DNA of 64,000 nt from Microthyrium microscopicum (Eukaryota). The stretch covers positions 747,895 through 811,894 of the forward strand of contig MU004244.1 of NCBI GenBank assembly GCA_010405405.1, read 5' to 3'. The position numbers and the translations under genes were made by a program. The number at the start of each line of letters is the position of its first letter. Position 1 is the first letter of the stretch. This document shows, in pieces, positions 1-13,013 of this stretch. Below the pieces are notes generated by a model that saw only the letters and a program-made list of their open reading frames with translations, did no database searches and was not told the origin of the DNA.

Positions 1-169
1 CAGACTGCGATGGCGCTTATCATGCATATATTGACTACCTTGTGCTTCACATGTTAAACAGGAGAGAGAATGGATGCTGAGAGTGCTTCTGTTGTGCTAT
101 CAAATTACCCACGGCTTTTCCCGCATTCTGGATTATTCATTATACTATCAATTACTGCTCGTTTACAAT

Positions 170-2645
170 TCAACCACCACAGTGATCTGGGTTTCCAGAT
201 GGATTTCCAAAGTAGGTTGGGAAGGGGACGTTCTTGCCACTTGCACCTAATACAGCAAAAGAGAGGATAAACACGACTATTTGAGCTCCTCCATCCAGTG
301 CTGCGCCGATCAGATAATTGTACTCGTTGTAGATGCGTGGTAGACGGCGTCGGAGGTATAATTGCGAGAAGACTCCAACAATAATCGACGACCAGATCCA
401 AGAAGTATTTCCAATAACGTATTGGCCTGCGTAGGATGCGATAATTGCTGTATTGATAGGCAATTTTCGTAGGGGAGGATATAACTTGTTCAAACCCCAG
501 TGAACGACAGGAAAAGCTAGGCCGATGATGAGGCCCAAGGGAACAATGAAGTAACGGCTATTCGCACCATATACTTGTTTTGCCAATGCCCATGTGACTG
601 CTTGGGTATTGAGACTTTGAATGGTTGCGCCGCTCCATATACTGTTTCCTTCAGGATCCAGAAGGATCTCACGTTTGCTAGTCACGATTGAGGTCATAAC
701 AACATAGTTCAATCCGGCACCGAGAAGGGTTCCATATATCTGGGTCGCAAACATGACTCGGTGTGGAACCTTGGTATATTGCCCGACTTTCAACCAATTG
801 GACAAATTGACTGACAGCAAAATGACCTGATGAGACCAACTTGCAAAATAGAGATTGGCTAGTGGTCGTCCAGGATGCAATGCGCCGGCTACCATCTTTG
901 ATATCGCGTTTGTTCCAACACCAGTCCCGTAAAGCCCATAGAGAGTGCAGGAAAATGGTGCGATGAAGGCACCGAGAATGAGTGCCACTATGTATCCCCA
1001 AACAGGAAGTGTGGTACCTGGTCTAATCGTGACAATGAGGCCAGCAACAAAGGCTAAGAGGAACAGTGCCCAGTACCACCACATTGGGACTTCCTTATAC
1101 TTGAGCATTCCTTGATAGTGAATATCTGGTTGCGTTCTGGCTTTTGCCTGCTTCCACGCCTGCCTCATATCCTTGCTGTAGAAAATTAGAACATGAGAAA
1201 TTAGAGCACCAATGGCCAAGTTCGCTGTAAAGTAGCCCCACAGGTTGGTTGCTGTCAAAGAGGGAAGACCGGCGGCGTTGAGTTTGTCTTGACTAATGGT
1301 TCCTTGATCATTCAGTATCGCCGACGAGGAATATCGTGTGCCATTGCTCTTGAAGAGAGAGCTTGACATGAATGGAAGGCTTTTCGCACTCCATACGTTG
1401 TTGTAATAAAGTCCAAGTGATGCGCAATACCATATGACAATTCCGACCCAAGAGTTCACCTGTTGCTTGAAGGGCAGAGATAAAAATGTGCTTTGAATAT
1501 ACTGCCAGTCGAGGGAGACATTGAACAAACCCAAGCCTTCATTAGATGAAGCGCCTCCAAAGACTGTAGTGAAAACGTCTTGGATGTTCGGTGCTGCTTT
1601 TATTGAAGCTAAGCAGAATATTGATAGTCCCCCAAACCACGGTACTGATTCAATTTTAGTATGTCATCGAAACATGAATTCAGTATCATTGAAGGAATGA
1701 AAGAGTCAACTTACTGATATATGCTGGAAAAAACTCCCATAGAGCGGAAATACCAAAAGCCCAGCCGAACTTGGAAAGGCGCTTTTTGTTAGCTTTTGGG
1801 TCGAAATGAAGACTTTGAAATAGCACGACTTGAGGTAAAGTTGACCAGTATACCATCTCTGCTGGATATACGATCAGCGGGCGTAGTATTCCAGCAAGTA
1901 CAAATCCACAGAGTGAGATTGAGAAGGTTGCTAGCACTGCTGTTGAAGCCTGAACAGTTGTGTCATAGAATAGCCTTTCGACGGCATATATTTCCACGCC
2001 GGACAATCCATTGTTTCCAGAAGTTGCGATTAAAGACGCCACCACATGCTCTTTGATCCCAAAATGCTGGCCAGAATTGAGGAATCTTAGACATTTCTGA
2101 AGCCACTTAGCTTGGAACCTCTCCGGTCGTGGAGTAGCATAAGCCCAGGCCTCGCCAAAGACAAATACAAACACTGGAGCGCGTTAGCTGGCGTTTAAAA
2201 GACCTTCAGGGAAAGAAGCTATACATTGCAAGAATGTGGCCGACACTTGGACCTGTGTAGGTTTGAAAACATAGAGCATCGTGATAACGCTAGACAAAGC
2301 CGTGAAAAGACTACCTAAGACAATAGCTCGAAAAGTCAACGCTGGATCTCCATCATCTCTGGTCGAGATGATGAATTTCGACACATCGGCGCCTGAACGC
2401 ATTAGCGGTGAAACTGTGAATAGGCCTCGGGAAGAGCTATTACCACTTCGAATTACTGGATGACTGTTGACATATTCGACCTCATCATCAGGTGGAGCAC
2501 CAAAGTGCTCTTGGCCAACCTCAGGGGTTGGGTGATCTTGACCGTCAATCTCCTCTGGCTTCTCATGGACGATGCCTGTTTTGATATCGTGGGAGACATC
2601 GGTGTCTTTGGCTTCGTCAATCGGAACTTTGACCGTGTCTGACAT
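170..2645 (-). CDS. OPT-family oligopeptide/glutathione transporter (4 exons)
   Basis: ORFs 2184-2699, 1686-2174 and 170-1534 join through GT-AG introns (2393-2443, 2174-2224, ~1645-1714). Motifs DDGDPALTFR, FGIKEH, YPAEMVYWSTLP, PDIH..MLKYKEVPMWWY, PGRPLANLYF, YNYLIGAALDGG; many TM segments. Confidence 0.93.
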
Positions 2646-4130
2646 ATCGTGCAATTCAGATTGTGCAAAAAGCTGGCTGCAGCCGCTGGTTAAATCCAAG
2701 GTAAGATAGCGAAGGAAGCATCAAAGAATAGATGCATCGGGCCAAGCTGTAGCGTGATTAATCCATTGACAGGGTTGAAATGATGCGAGAATCCTTGAGA
2801 ATGAGCAGCGGTAGTCATGAGTGATTGCGTTTAGCATATGGCCAGAACTAGTACTACGTTGCAATTGATAATGTGGTTTCTCTCTGGTACGATGTCAGGG
2901 CGATATCGTGCTCCCAATGTAACTCTAGGTAGTCCAACATAGGGTCCTCGAGAAATTGCTAGTCATGGTGACGCTACCTGGGTCTGCTCCACTACCATGG
3001 TCCAGAAAAGGAACCTAAGAGCAGATCCACGCAAAGCTCGTGCTATAACGGGCAGGTAGAGTGGCCAGCATGTTCTCTGCTAACCGTGATCAATCTGAAA
3101 CTGCCATATCTCACCACCACCAAGGAAGAATGGCATGTCGTGATTTTAGGATCGTATGGGTTGATAGCCAGGAAAACAGTATAAGAGTGGCACTTGATCG
3201 CCGGCAGTAGGCTGAACCTCGAATGGCATGAGTAGTTTATGGACTTTTGTTAGTTACTTAAAGCAAACTCGTTTTTAATCCAGCTGTCCTACTCGAAATT
3301 GATAGGTGAGATTGAAGCCGGGTAGGTGGGCATGGCATCTATTGGATGGCCACACGGCAACAAAGTCTGAATCGATGAGTGGAAATGCCAGAAGGAGGAA
3401 TCAATAGAGTTCATCGCCACAGAATGGACGGAATGCGTATCGTGTACAGATATGCTTGAAGGCGATTCTCTCCGCCATGGCAAGCACGGCGCGTATGTTT
3501 AACGCGTAATATCCATCTGATGTCCAACAAATAAGCAAAAAGGCACTTGAAGATCATCAGCTTGGTCAGAACAGTACTATCATAGTAAGTTTGGTACCTG
3601 GAACTTGGGGGGCCTTGATGCTCGTGGTATCCCTGATTTGGTGTATGAGTTTGGGTTTGCGAGGTTCAGCACTCACATTTCAGACCATCAGACTCGTCAA
3701 CCACCCACTCCATCAACAAAACTCTCTTTTGCTTACGCCTACTCCCCTAAATGTCTACCATACTTATTATTTCTTAAGTCCATCTTCTTCAATGGACCTG
3801 CGGCGCCCGTCGTCCTTCTATCATTGAGACAGGGGATCTGGAGATCACACTGCTACCAGGTTTCATGGCCTCATCCCCGCGAGCTCCAAGTATACAACTT
3901 CGTCCGCTTTGACAATTTCTCCCAGTTTTGTTCAACAATCACAAAACTAGTCTTCCTCAAAAGACACCACAATGAGTTCGAGGTAGGTAAGATCAAGAGA
4001 AGGCCATGACCTCAGCTAACAGACGCGCAGGTCGCGTGCATCCACGTCCATGACCTCTTCAAACATATCACAACACCGCGTTGTATATATTCCCTAAGAC
4101 CTTCGACTTATCTAACTACGTCCAATCATC

Positions 4131-5363
4131 ATGTTTCCAAGATTTCGGCTTCGAATGCTGGTCGTGGCGCTGGTCGCTATTCTTACACTTGGCTTTACAA
4201 TGCAAGAATTATCTACGACCTACGATCTACGAGTGGACACGACAATACCGAAAACATACTTTACAAATGTTGGATCCAGGCTGCAAAAAGAGCTCGACTT
4301 ACTACGCGCGAAGCCGGCCCCGAAAGTGGCGTCCCATTCCACGCGATCTTTCAAGGCCGGTGTTCCCAAGCCAGCTGGTGAATCCTACACCAAAACCATC
4401 GTAGTCGGTGCAAAATCTGCAGATGACACGTCTTGGCTTGACATCGATGTGCCTTCCAACATTGAAAAAGCTATATACGCCGTAGATGACCCAAATGCGG
4501 TACTGCACCCTCCAGCCAACAAAGGCCGCGAAGCCATGGTTTATCTGACCTACATCATCGACCATTACACCAACCTTAGCGACGTCACGCTCTTCATGCA
4601 CTCCCACCGCTGGGCGTGGCACAATAACGACCTGCTTGATAATGATAGCGCCGCCCTCGCCACCTACCTCCTCCCACAGCGCGTCCTTCGCGAAGGCTAT
4701 GTCAACCTGCGCTGTCAATGGTACCCCGGATGTCCCACCTGGCTCGACACGGCCGTCAATGAAGCAGAGAAGCCCGAGGGCGCACTCATCGCCAAAGCGT
4801 GGAGCAGTCTATTTCCTACTGAGCCGCTTCCCAGCCATCTAGCATCGACCTGTTGTGCCCAGTTCGCGCTCAGTCGCGCGCGCATCACAGCCATACCGCT
4901 AGCAGAGTATGAGCGTCTACGTACATGGCTGCTGAACACGCGCCTAGAAGACGGGCTGTCAGGGCGTGTGTTTGAGTACGTATGGCACTACCTATGGACC
5001 GGCCAGGCCATACTATGTGCCGACCAACACACCTGTTTCTGCGAGACGTACGGTCTATGCTTCAGCAATGAGAGCTCGTTCCAGGCGTGGTTTGAGAAGC
5101 GGTTCTATCTACGACGCGATGAGTGGCAGTTGGTGGGATGGGACCGTGAGCGTGGGGCAGGCAAGAAAGTGGATGAGCGACAATATGATGAGGTGCGCGA
5201 GAAGGTGAATGGTGCGTGGATGGTGCTGGCAGACTGGAGAGATCGGGCATTGGAGGATGGGCGCGATGGTCTGGTTAGAGCACGGGTGGGTCAAAGGCAG
5301 GTTGATGCTGGAGATGGGGACGGCAAGGGGAGGCTTGAGAAGTGGAAAAGTGCTAAAGGATAG
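4131..5363 (+). CDS. DUF3431-family protein with N-terminal signal anchor
   Basis: 410-aa ORF; hydrophobic N-terminus; NKGREAMVYLTYIIDHY, FMHSHRWAWHND, GYVNLRCQW.PGCP, CCAQFA, SGRVFEYVWH motifs typical of fungal DUF3431. Confidence 0.88.
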   Translation: MFPRFRLRMLVVALVAILTLGFTMQELSTTYDLRVDTTIPKTYFTNVGSRLQKELDLLRAKPAPKVASHSTRSFKAGVPKPAGESYTKTIVVGAKSADDTSWLDIDVPSNIEKAIYAVDDPNAVLHPPANKGREAMVYLTYIIDHYTNLSDVTLFMHSHRWAWHNNDLLDNDSAALATYLLPQRVLREGYVNLRCQWYPGCPTWLDTAVNEAEKPEGALIAKAWSSLFPTEPLPSHLASTCCAQFALSRARITAIPLAEYERLRTWLLNTRLEDGLSGRVFEYVWHYLWTGQAILCADQHTCFCETYGLCFSNESSFQAWFEKRFYLRRDEWQLVGWDRERGAGKKVDERQYDEVREKVNGAWMVLADWRDRALEDGRDGLVRARVGQRQVDAGDGDGKGRLEKWKSAKG

Positions 5364-8300
5364 GTACCTGATTGATATACTGCTGCATTTGAGCGGGCGT
5401 TCATGATATTGGCATTCATGGATTGTATAAAAATATGCCATGATTTGGATAGATCAATGTTGATAGACCTGTACCTAACTACTTGCTTACATACACTTAT
5501 TAACTTGAATTGTCATCTTTCAGATTACATTATCGAAGGGTATAAGGTCTGGAGACATTAAGACTACATAATTTATGGCATTTAGATATAGTTTGAGTTT
5601 CTAGTTTAAGATTTTTATGGCCATTCGTTCACGTAAAGTTTTGACTCGTCAAAAGTTGCTCTTGCTGCATTAGACGACTTGCTTTTCAAGGCAACCTGGA
5701 CTTAATCCTGCAGCAAGTATCGACCAATCTGCAAGTGCATCCTCCAACCCGGCGCGATCACCAAACGATATCACTCATTCAGATTACCGGCCTGAAAAGC
5801 AAGATTGTCTCCTTACTTGCAACACCAAGAAGATAGTCATCAACATGTACAAATCCCACTTTGCGGAACCGCTGTCCATGAACACGAACCCTCCGTGCTT
5901 GTGCAGTAGTTAACCTTTCCTTCTGACGAAGCTTGCTAGTATTTACGAATAGGCTGAAGTGAGTCTGTACTTCACAGTTAGCAAGCTTTCTCAACACTGC
6001 TTCGATCTACAGGCCACTGATGTAAGCAGACATAAAGACAGAAGCTTCATTGTAGCTTTATTGGCTGCGGGGGTCCCAGCCAGCCATCTCCATTCTCAAA
6101 GGACGATCATGTCATGCATAAGCAACTGTGCTTTTCCCGTGTCCTCAACGGTCGATAATACCTCATAGGCTCTATCCAACGTGCGGCCCCCTTTCAAATC
6201 ACAAGAAACCATCCTTGATATGAAGATAGTGAGTTGTACGATCCAATATAATGCTCCTTGACAGATGAGGTTGATGCCTCGAGCATTTCATAGAGGCTAA
6301 GCTCGCAGCGGACCGTGGCTTCTCGACCCCTCCTACCCTACAGGCTCAAAAATTGGGGGTTGAAAAGGTTTTGCAGGTTCGGAAAGGTTCTTTCCGGCAT
6401 ATCGGTGCACGCTGATGTACCATGTGGCAGGAAAGCGGTACGTTTATGCTGCGGTAGCTGTGCAACGGTACATGTCTATCAAACTGGAAAGATGCATGCC
6501 CCAGATGTTGGGCCAACCAGATCCGCGGTAAGCATCGATCATGTACACATGGTTCTGGTTGAGCTATCGTCAATAGTTCGCGCTATGATTTACGGGTTAG
6601 TAGTAGTAGCGAAAGGCGACTTTGAGGACTACGGAGGAGGAGTTTGTGGACATCTTCTGCATTTTCTACGGTACGGAGTAGTTGAGCACCGAAGCAAAGT
6701 TGCTCCGCTCCCGACGGCTCAACTACTACTCCTCGTCGTCTTTCATGAAGGTCTACTCATACCTGTTAGTAGCAGCTACTAATACTTAGCAAGAAATCGA
6801 CGATCTAAGGCGGATTTGGTCAGTTGTCACGCATTTTAAGGTGCGCATGCATCGGCTCCGGGAGCACTACGAGGTACTGCGAATCTGGGACCGGTCACCA
6901 CTGGTGGGATGGCATCCGAATCCATGGGTCTTGAATTGACTTGCAAGGCCAGGAGATCCTGGATGCAGTTTGATCCATGTCTCCAAGTCAAGGCTGATTT
7001 GATCAAGATATTGGCATTGCATCGATCAATGTTCATCCTGGACTCTGATCATCCCCAGTTGCCAACATTGAGTTTCCTCACTCAGTGCACACAGTAAAAG
7101 GCCCGATACGAAACACTCCATCATCCATTGATAGGCAACAGGACAAACTCCTTGAAGACGGGTTTGAACAGTCAAGATAGCAGCGAGGTCGGCAATCAGG
7201 GTGGGGAGAATTCGAGCCGTTGCGGAAGCTCCGTGAAGGAACCATCGTTCTTCATCCGCGCCGTTTCTGTCGCCTGCCATAAACGGAGCGACTAGAGCGG
7301 ACCAACAGATGCACTGCTGCAGAGCAAAAGTTCAACGGTGATGCCAAAGCCGCAACCACGCTTGGTCTTATCAGATTGCGCAGTGTGGACATGTTAGCCC
7401 GGGAATTTGGGGCATCTTGTCGCGAGGAAGTATGACCTATCATCCGCTTTCACGAGGCCCGTAGTGAGGACTGAGGCAACGGCTTTGACAAGCTCATGGC
7501 TTTTTTTCGATGGTTTTTGCTTTGGATCGGGGCCCCCGCGAACTTCGAAGGGTCAAAAGGGGATAAGCGGCCTTGGCGGCGACTTGATGCTTCAATGCTT
7601 CATTGCTTGTGTTGTAAAAAAGCCTCTTTTCCCTACGGACGTCGGACCCTGCACAAACTTCAACCAAGCGGCAATTCCCCTGCTCATGACCATCTTTAAA
7701 GTTGAACTTGCACGATGGTGGTTAGTCTAGTCCAGAGCTAAAATAAAAAAAGGGTGGACTCATATGTTGAGCAGTCCGACGATTTTCCATCTGGCAGTGG
7801 GCACGCTGGGTCCTGGACTCCTGGCGTAAGAATTGGCTTGATCGTTGCGTCTAGAGATGCTTGTGTAGGCGCCTTGAACGTCGACATATTTGGTGTTGAT
7901 CGATGGCTGTCGTCTTAACTTCCTTTTCTGTCTTTTCTTTCATGTCTGTCCATCTGTGATCCTTTATTACTGCCGCTCTGCCTTTGTTCAACACCCTTTT
8001 CCGCTTTTACACCAACAGTATCGCCCTACGATTCCATTTTGGCCAACTTTACAACTCCAATCAATCTCTTCTCGCATACGCTCACCTCTTACCCGCCTAC
8101 TGCAGCCCCACTTTCACTCTGTTCAAGCAATTTCCTTCAATACCCTTCCTTGCTCTTTATCCTACATCGCATTAGAGCTTCTCTTCTGCTTGGGTTGTGA
8201 AGAGTGCCTTGTGCTCTTGTCTCCCTTTGTTCGGCTTCTTTATGGCACACCATTGGCGCGACTTCCTTCATGACTCCCCATAAGTGGCCCTCCTCGCGTT

Positions 8301-8424
8301 TTACTTGAACATTCTTCTCAAATGACAGACTTTGAGCAACTGCTTTAGGCCAGAATACGCACAATACTTGATATTACTCGAAACTAAATACTCTATCAAA
8401 CTGTTGTCGCAACTATTTTCTCGC

Positions 8425-11400
8425 ATGGAGGGCGATGGGACTCCCGCGCCCTCGTCCGCTGGGCCTGCAACCCAACCACCGGCATCATTACCAGGTGGAT
8501 TCACCGCGGCAGCGTCAAATGCAAAGCTACGAAAGAGGACAAAGACGGGATGTCTGACGTGTCGAAGACGGCGCATCAAGTGCGGCGAGGAGCGTCCGAC
8601 ATGTGCGAATTGTATCAAGTCAAAGAGACAGTGTGAAGGGTATAATCAGCGCATAACTTTCAAGCCTATGGAAGGATGGCACCAAATGATGGGCTCAGCA
8701 AATACCATACCATATCATACAGCCGCCCTGCCAGGAACTCCACGGCCGCATGAGTACCCGTCTGAGATGATCTTTGGTCATCCACATACTACCCATTATG
8801 GAATCCCACTCGATGGTCAAAGTAGGCCAATACCAATACCGCCACTGTTAGGAAACGGCGAATGGCATCCATCACAATATCAACTGCCTCAGTTTAGTCC
8901 TACAGGAACCGATATGACTTCTCCTATTGGGTCTATACCATTAAGTGCTGGATCTATGAATCACATGGGCGGGCCGCTTACATCTCCTGGCTTGGTAAAT
9001 GGAGAATACTATCACCAAAGTCCAAACTTTGAGCCAACCTACGACCCATACCAACAACCAAATCCCCAAACAATATCTCCACCTGCTCAGAACCCCACCA
9101 ATTTGAGCTATCCAATACCTACTCCTCCGACATCTGCATACACTGAGCATTCGGAGGGATTTTCATTACAATCTGGTGATAGCCAGAATCATAGTGGTGA
9201 ATATTTTGGACAGCATGGCATTACTTCGTCAGATGGATCAATGTTGCAACAACAGCAGATGGCTACAGCAATGGAAGAAACGAAACCATCGGAGGAGGCA
9301 TTCGAGCATAAGCCGGGCCTATCGCACTCCAGAAACTTTTCAGGTTCGTCTTCCAAATCCACTTCACGTCTCAGCGCCATATTTCGAGCGATTATAAACT
9401 TTTCCCATTTTGATGACCCCGATAAAACGCACGAGAAGCCGTCTAATATTGAATAACCAGGTGCACCCATCGCAATTCATTCCATGGTGCCGCCTCCAAG
9501 CACATCATACATCACGTCTGCCAACTTGTATAACCTAACCGCAGCTGCTGTAGAATACCAAAGTGTAGAGTATACTCCGTCGATCTCGGACTACCATTCA
9601 GAAGAAGACAGCGAGCTGAGTCCCGAGCATTCACTAATACAAATGGAACAAAACCATCAAAATCTGCAAAGGATACTTGATGCACACAACACAAGTACTG
9701 GCGATACACTGATTCGCGATTACAACACATTTTTGTACTCTGGCTTCTTGACGCATTACGAAGCGGAGAAATTCGCCAGTCCATTACGAAATCCGCATAC
9801 TGCTCGGGTGTTTGCTCACTTTTTAGGTGCTACAGCTCCATCAATATCAATATATGAAAGACAGCCGCGAAACATGTCGCCAATTCCTTTTGGTGAATCC
9901 ACAACCCAAAGCTATCCCAAGGGATTATGGACCTACAATATGCCCGTGATGGCGCTGAATCATCAAGGACTACTTCATGCCATGCTTTCTCTATCAAGTC
10001 TGCACATTTCGAAGCTCCAAAACGAATCTTCCACTCCAGCTTTCCAACATTATGCTTATTCAATCAAGCGTATCAACCACTGTTTGGTTAGACCTGAGAA
10101 ACGACACAATCCTACAACTCTTGCGGCAACTCTTCTATTGGCGTTTTATGAGGTAATGACTGCAGATCACACCAAATGGTGTTGCCATCTAGCCGGCGCT
10201 GCCAAATTATTGCAGGAGATAAACTTCAAGGACATGTCTACTCATGCAAGAATGATTCAAGGAGACCAAATACGGAAACAAAACATCTTTGAAGGTCCAA
10301 ACATTAGTCCAAGGTCGAGGAAGATCAACCAAGATCCATCGATACTGGACAATGGCCTTCTCAGCGTACTACTTGGTCGGCCGGTAGAGCCACGACTACC
10401 GGAGCAGATGCGTCGTGAAGAGTTTGATACCCACAAATATCATACGTATCAAGATTTGTTTTGGTGGTTTGCGCGTCAAGATGCATATCAAAGTGTCGTT
10501 GCAGGAAATAGGTTGATGTATGGCGTCTACTCCAGCTTCAATTTCAGCTGCTAACCTGTACAGGCTGAAATATCATCGTTGGGCCGACTGTCCACCAAGA
10601 GCTGGTGTAGGCAGAGTTGATGCAACATATGGTACTCACGATCATCTTTTTCTAATATATGCCCGCATCGCCGACTTTGCTGCCAAAGACCGCGATAGAA
10701 AGCTCAAGGTTATGGACTCCCAAGGCGGTATCTGGAAACCCCATCCTGACATGAAAATGCCTTGCCCGCCTCAAGGTCCAAATCCAAATATGCCCAACGG
10801 CCCCCCTGGTCCACCATCAAGTATGCCTCCCTTATTCCAACAAGGTCCACCAGGTCAAACACCACCACCACCTGGCCCACACCCAAGTCGTCCTACTCAA
10901 CCACCGATCCCGTTTTTCGGAATGATGCCAATGCCAGTTCAAACACCAATGCCAACAGCCTATTCCCGCAACGCTACCACCCCACCTACACAATCTCCCA
11001 CCTCTAGCACCTCGTCCGACAGTGACCTCGACACACGCACTGCCAACGCCGTAGCCGAATGGGACTCTATGTACGCCGCCCTCCACACCCTAGAGAGCCA
11101 CTTCGGCCCCGGCTTCCGGCCTCTCGACCCAGACATCTACCCCGAACCGACACCCTTCGGCGATCCACTAATGTACACGTCCTTTGACATCGCCGTCCTC
11201 TGGGCGCTCTACTACGCAGCTCACATAATCGCTCTACGCAGCCATCCATACATGCCACCCTTCGCACACATGGCAGCCAGCATCGCCGGTCCGCAAACCG
11301 CAGCCTATGCCCAACGCATTGGCCGTATCGGCGCAGGCATGATGACCAGCCAAATCCGGCACCCCCTAAACCCCAACCTTGGCGCAACATTCTGCGAAGT

Positions 11401-11860
11401 CTCCATGGCCCTATTCGTCGCCGGCATACAATACACCGACTCTGCGCAACGAGAATGGCTCGTACGCAATCTCCGCGAAGTCGAGACATTGACTGGCTGG
11501 GCAAGTATCGGCATGATCGCACAAGGCTGTGAGACTGCATGGGAAAAGGCCGGCCAACTAGGCAAAGCGCCGCCGTATATACGCACGCAGCCACCAGGGC
11601 GTGTCGTGGAAGCGAATTTGCCATATCGTGTGGCTAGGCAGCCGAAGACTGCGGCAGAGGGCCCGGATTCGCATTGGCGACGGGCGGAAGATGATCAGGG
11701 GCCGGATCAGCGGGGTCGGCGGGCGCATTTGGCGATGGGGCTGTTGAGTGGGGTTGGTGATGTGCAGGCTGAGAAGGAGGCGGTTGGGTATGAGCATCGG
11801 ATGGAGGCAGCGGATCGGGAGGAGGAAGGGAGGAGGTCGACAACAATGTCGCCTATTTGA
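8425..11860 (+). CDS. Zn(II)2Cys6 transcription factor with fungal-specific TF domain (3 exons)
   Basis: RTKTGCLTCRRRRIKCGEERPTCANCIKSKRQCEGY zinc cluster. Frame-restoring introns 9344-9460 and 10518-10563. LLHAMLSLSSLH and TLAATLLLAFYE..W..HL.GA motifs of the Fungal_trans_2 type. Confidence 0.92.
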
Positions 11861-12217
11861 ACTTGAAAGGAGATGATGGGAATGGGAGGGGGAAGATATA
11901 TTGTATTCATGATACGATAATGGTTGTCTGGCATTTCACGACTTTTGCACATATGGGGGGCATATTTTTCGGTTTGTAGTTGGAAGAGGCTATTTGGATT
12001 GTGTTTGATTTGCGATGGATTCGATACGATACCCCTTTACGTTGCTTTATGTAAAACCTTTTATATCTTATTGCATTGCTCGACACTGTATAGCAGTTGA
12101 GACTTTAATACGTTTTTCACTTCTAACAAAGACATTCATTGATGTGTTCATGTATGTATGAAGTTATTCATTTCTCGTATGCCTTTGCAATATGACTATC
12201 TCATCATAGAAATGTAT

Positions 12218-12542
12218 CTAATTGCCAGCAACAGGGCAAGCCTCAGCATCTTGGTTCTCGACATTCAACTTCTTGACCTTGCTCTCAGGAATAGTATGAG
12301 TATCGCCGCTCTTCAACTCGCTACGGACCTGAACATGATAGTTTCCACCCTATGACCATCAGCTCAGTTCACCATGCTGCTCATATCGCTTCAACAAACC
12401 TCGTAGCTCTTGACGACGCCAACAACGTCCTCTCCTGACGAGTTTGTGAAAGTAACGTGTGTGTTTCTGTGGAAGAGGTAAGCTAGATGAAGCCGAAGCG
12501 AGTGGGTTCAGCGAAGATGGTGACATACTCTGAGAAAGGCAT
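12218..12542 (-). CDS. 70-aa microprotein (3 exons), possible small beta-barrel (SH3/Tudor/KOW-like)
   Basis: Exons 12542-12529, 12466-12400, 12349-12218; GT-AG introns of 62 and 50 nt. Spliced product MPFSENTHVTFTNSSGEDVVGVVKSYEGGNYHVQVRSELKSGDTHTIPESKVKKLNVENQDAEACPVAGN*. ATG context ATCATCATG; C/G-ending codon bias. Confidence 0.75.
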
Positions 12543-13013
12543 GATGATTGGGATTCTTGATACTTGTTGGTGTGAGTGTAGTAGTGGAGTAAAGAGGGGT
12601 ATCTTGTAAGGTGGAAGGAACAAGGCTGAGATGAGAAAGTTATAAACAAAGTATGAAACAATGGATTCACCAAAATGACGTAGCAAGCTGCTCTCTCTCC
12701 ACCTTCCGAATTGAGAACAAAGCCAGGAACATTACCGAATGTAGTACATGATGAGCAATACATCAGCCCTAGTTGGTTGAGGGGGAAGAGCTAGGTAGTT
12801 GCTAGTACCCAGACTTCATGGTCATGAGATGAGAGCTCCTTTGACTAGACGGAAGTAGAAGTATGTATGCATAATGCTACTAAAGTAATAGTTACCGCAC
12901 CTCCTACAGCTCCATTGACATTAAGGGCATACTTCCATTCAGTCATTACAATGATTGTTTACACAAGCTCCCGGAGTACACAAGCTCCCAGAGCACGCAA
13001 TGAGGGTTTATAT

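Noticed and set aside
6679..6726. 10-bp inverted repeat GTAGTTGAGC / GCTCAACTAC (possible hairpin ncRNA)
   Set aside because: A few such stems are expected by chance in 64 kb; no recognisable RNA family motifs.
5779..8273. Numerous 60-155 aa ORFs in the DUF3431-TF intergenic region
   Set aside because: Many have non-ATG starts, with no motifs, codon bias or coherent splice structure.
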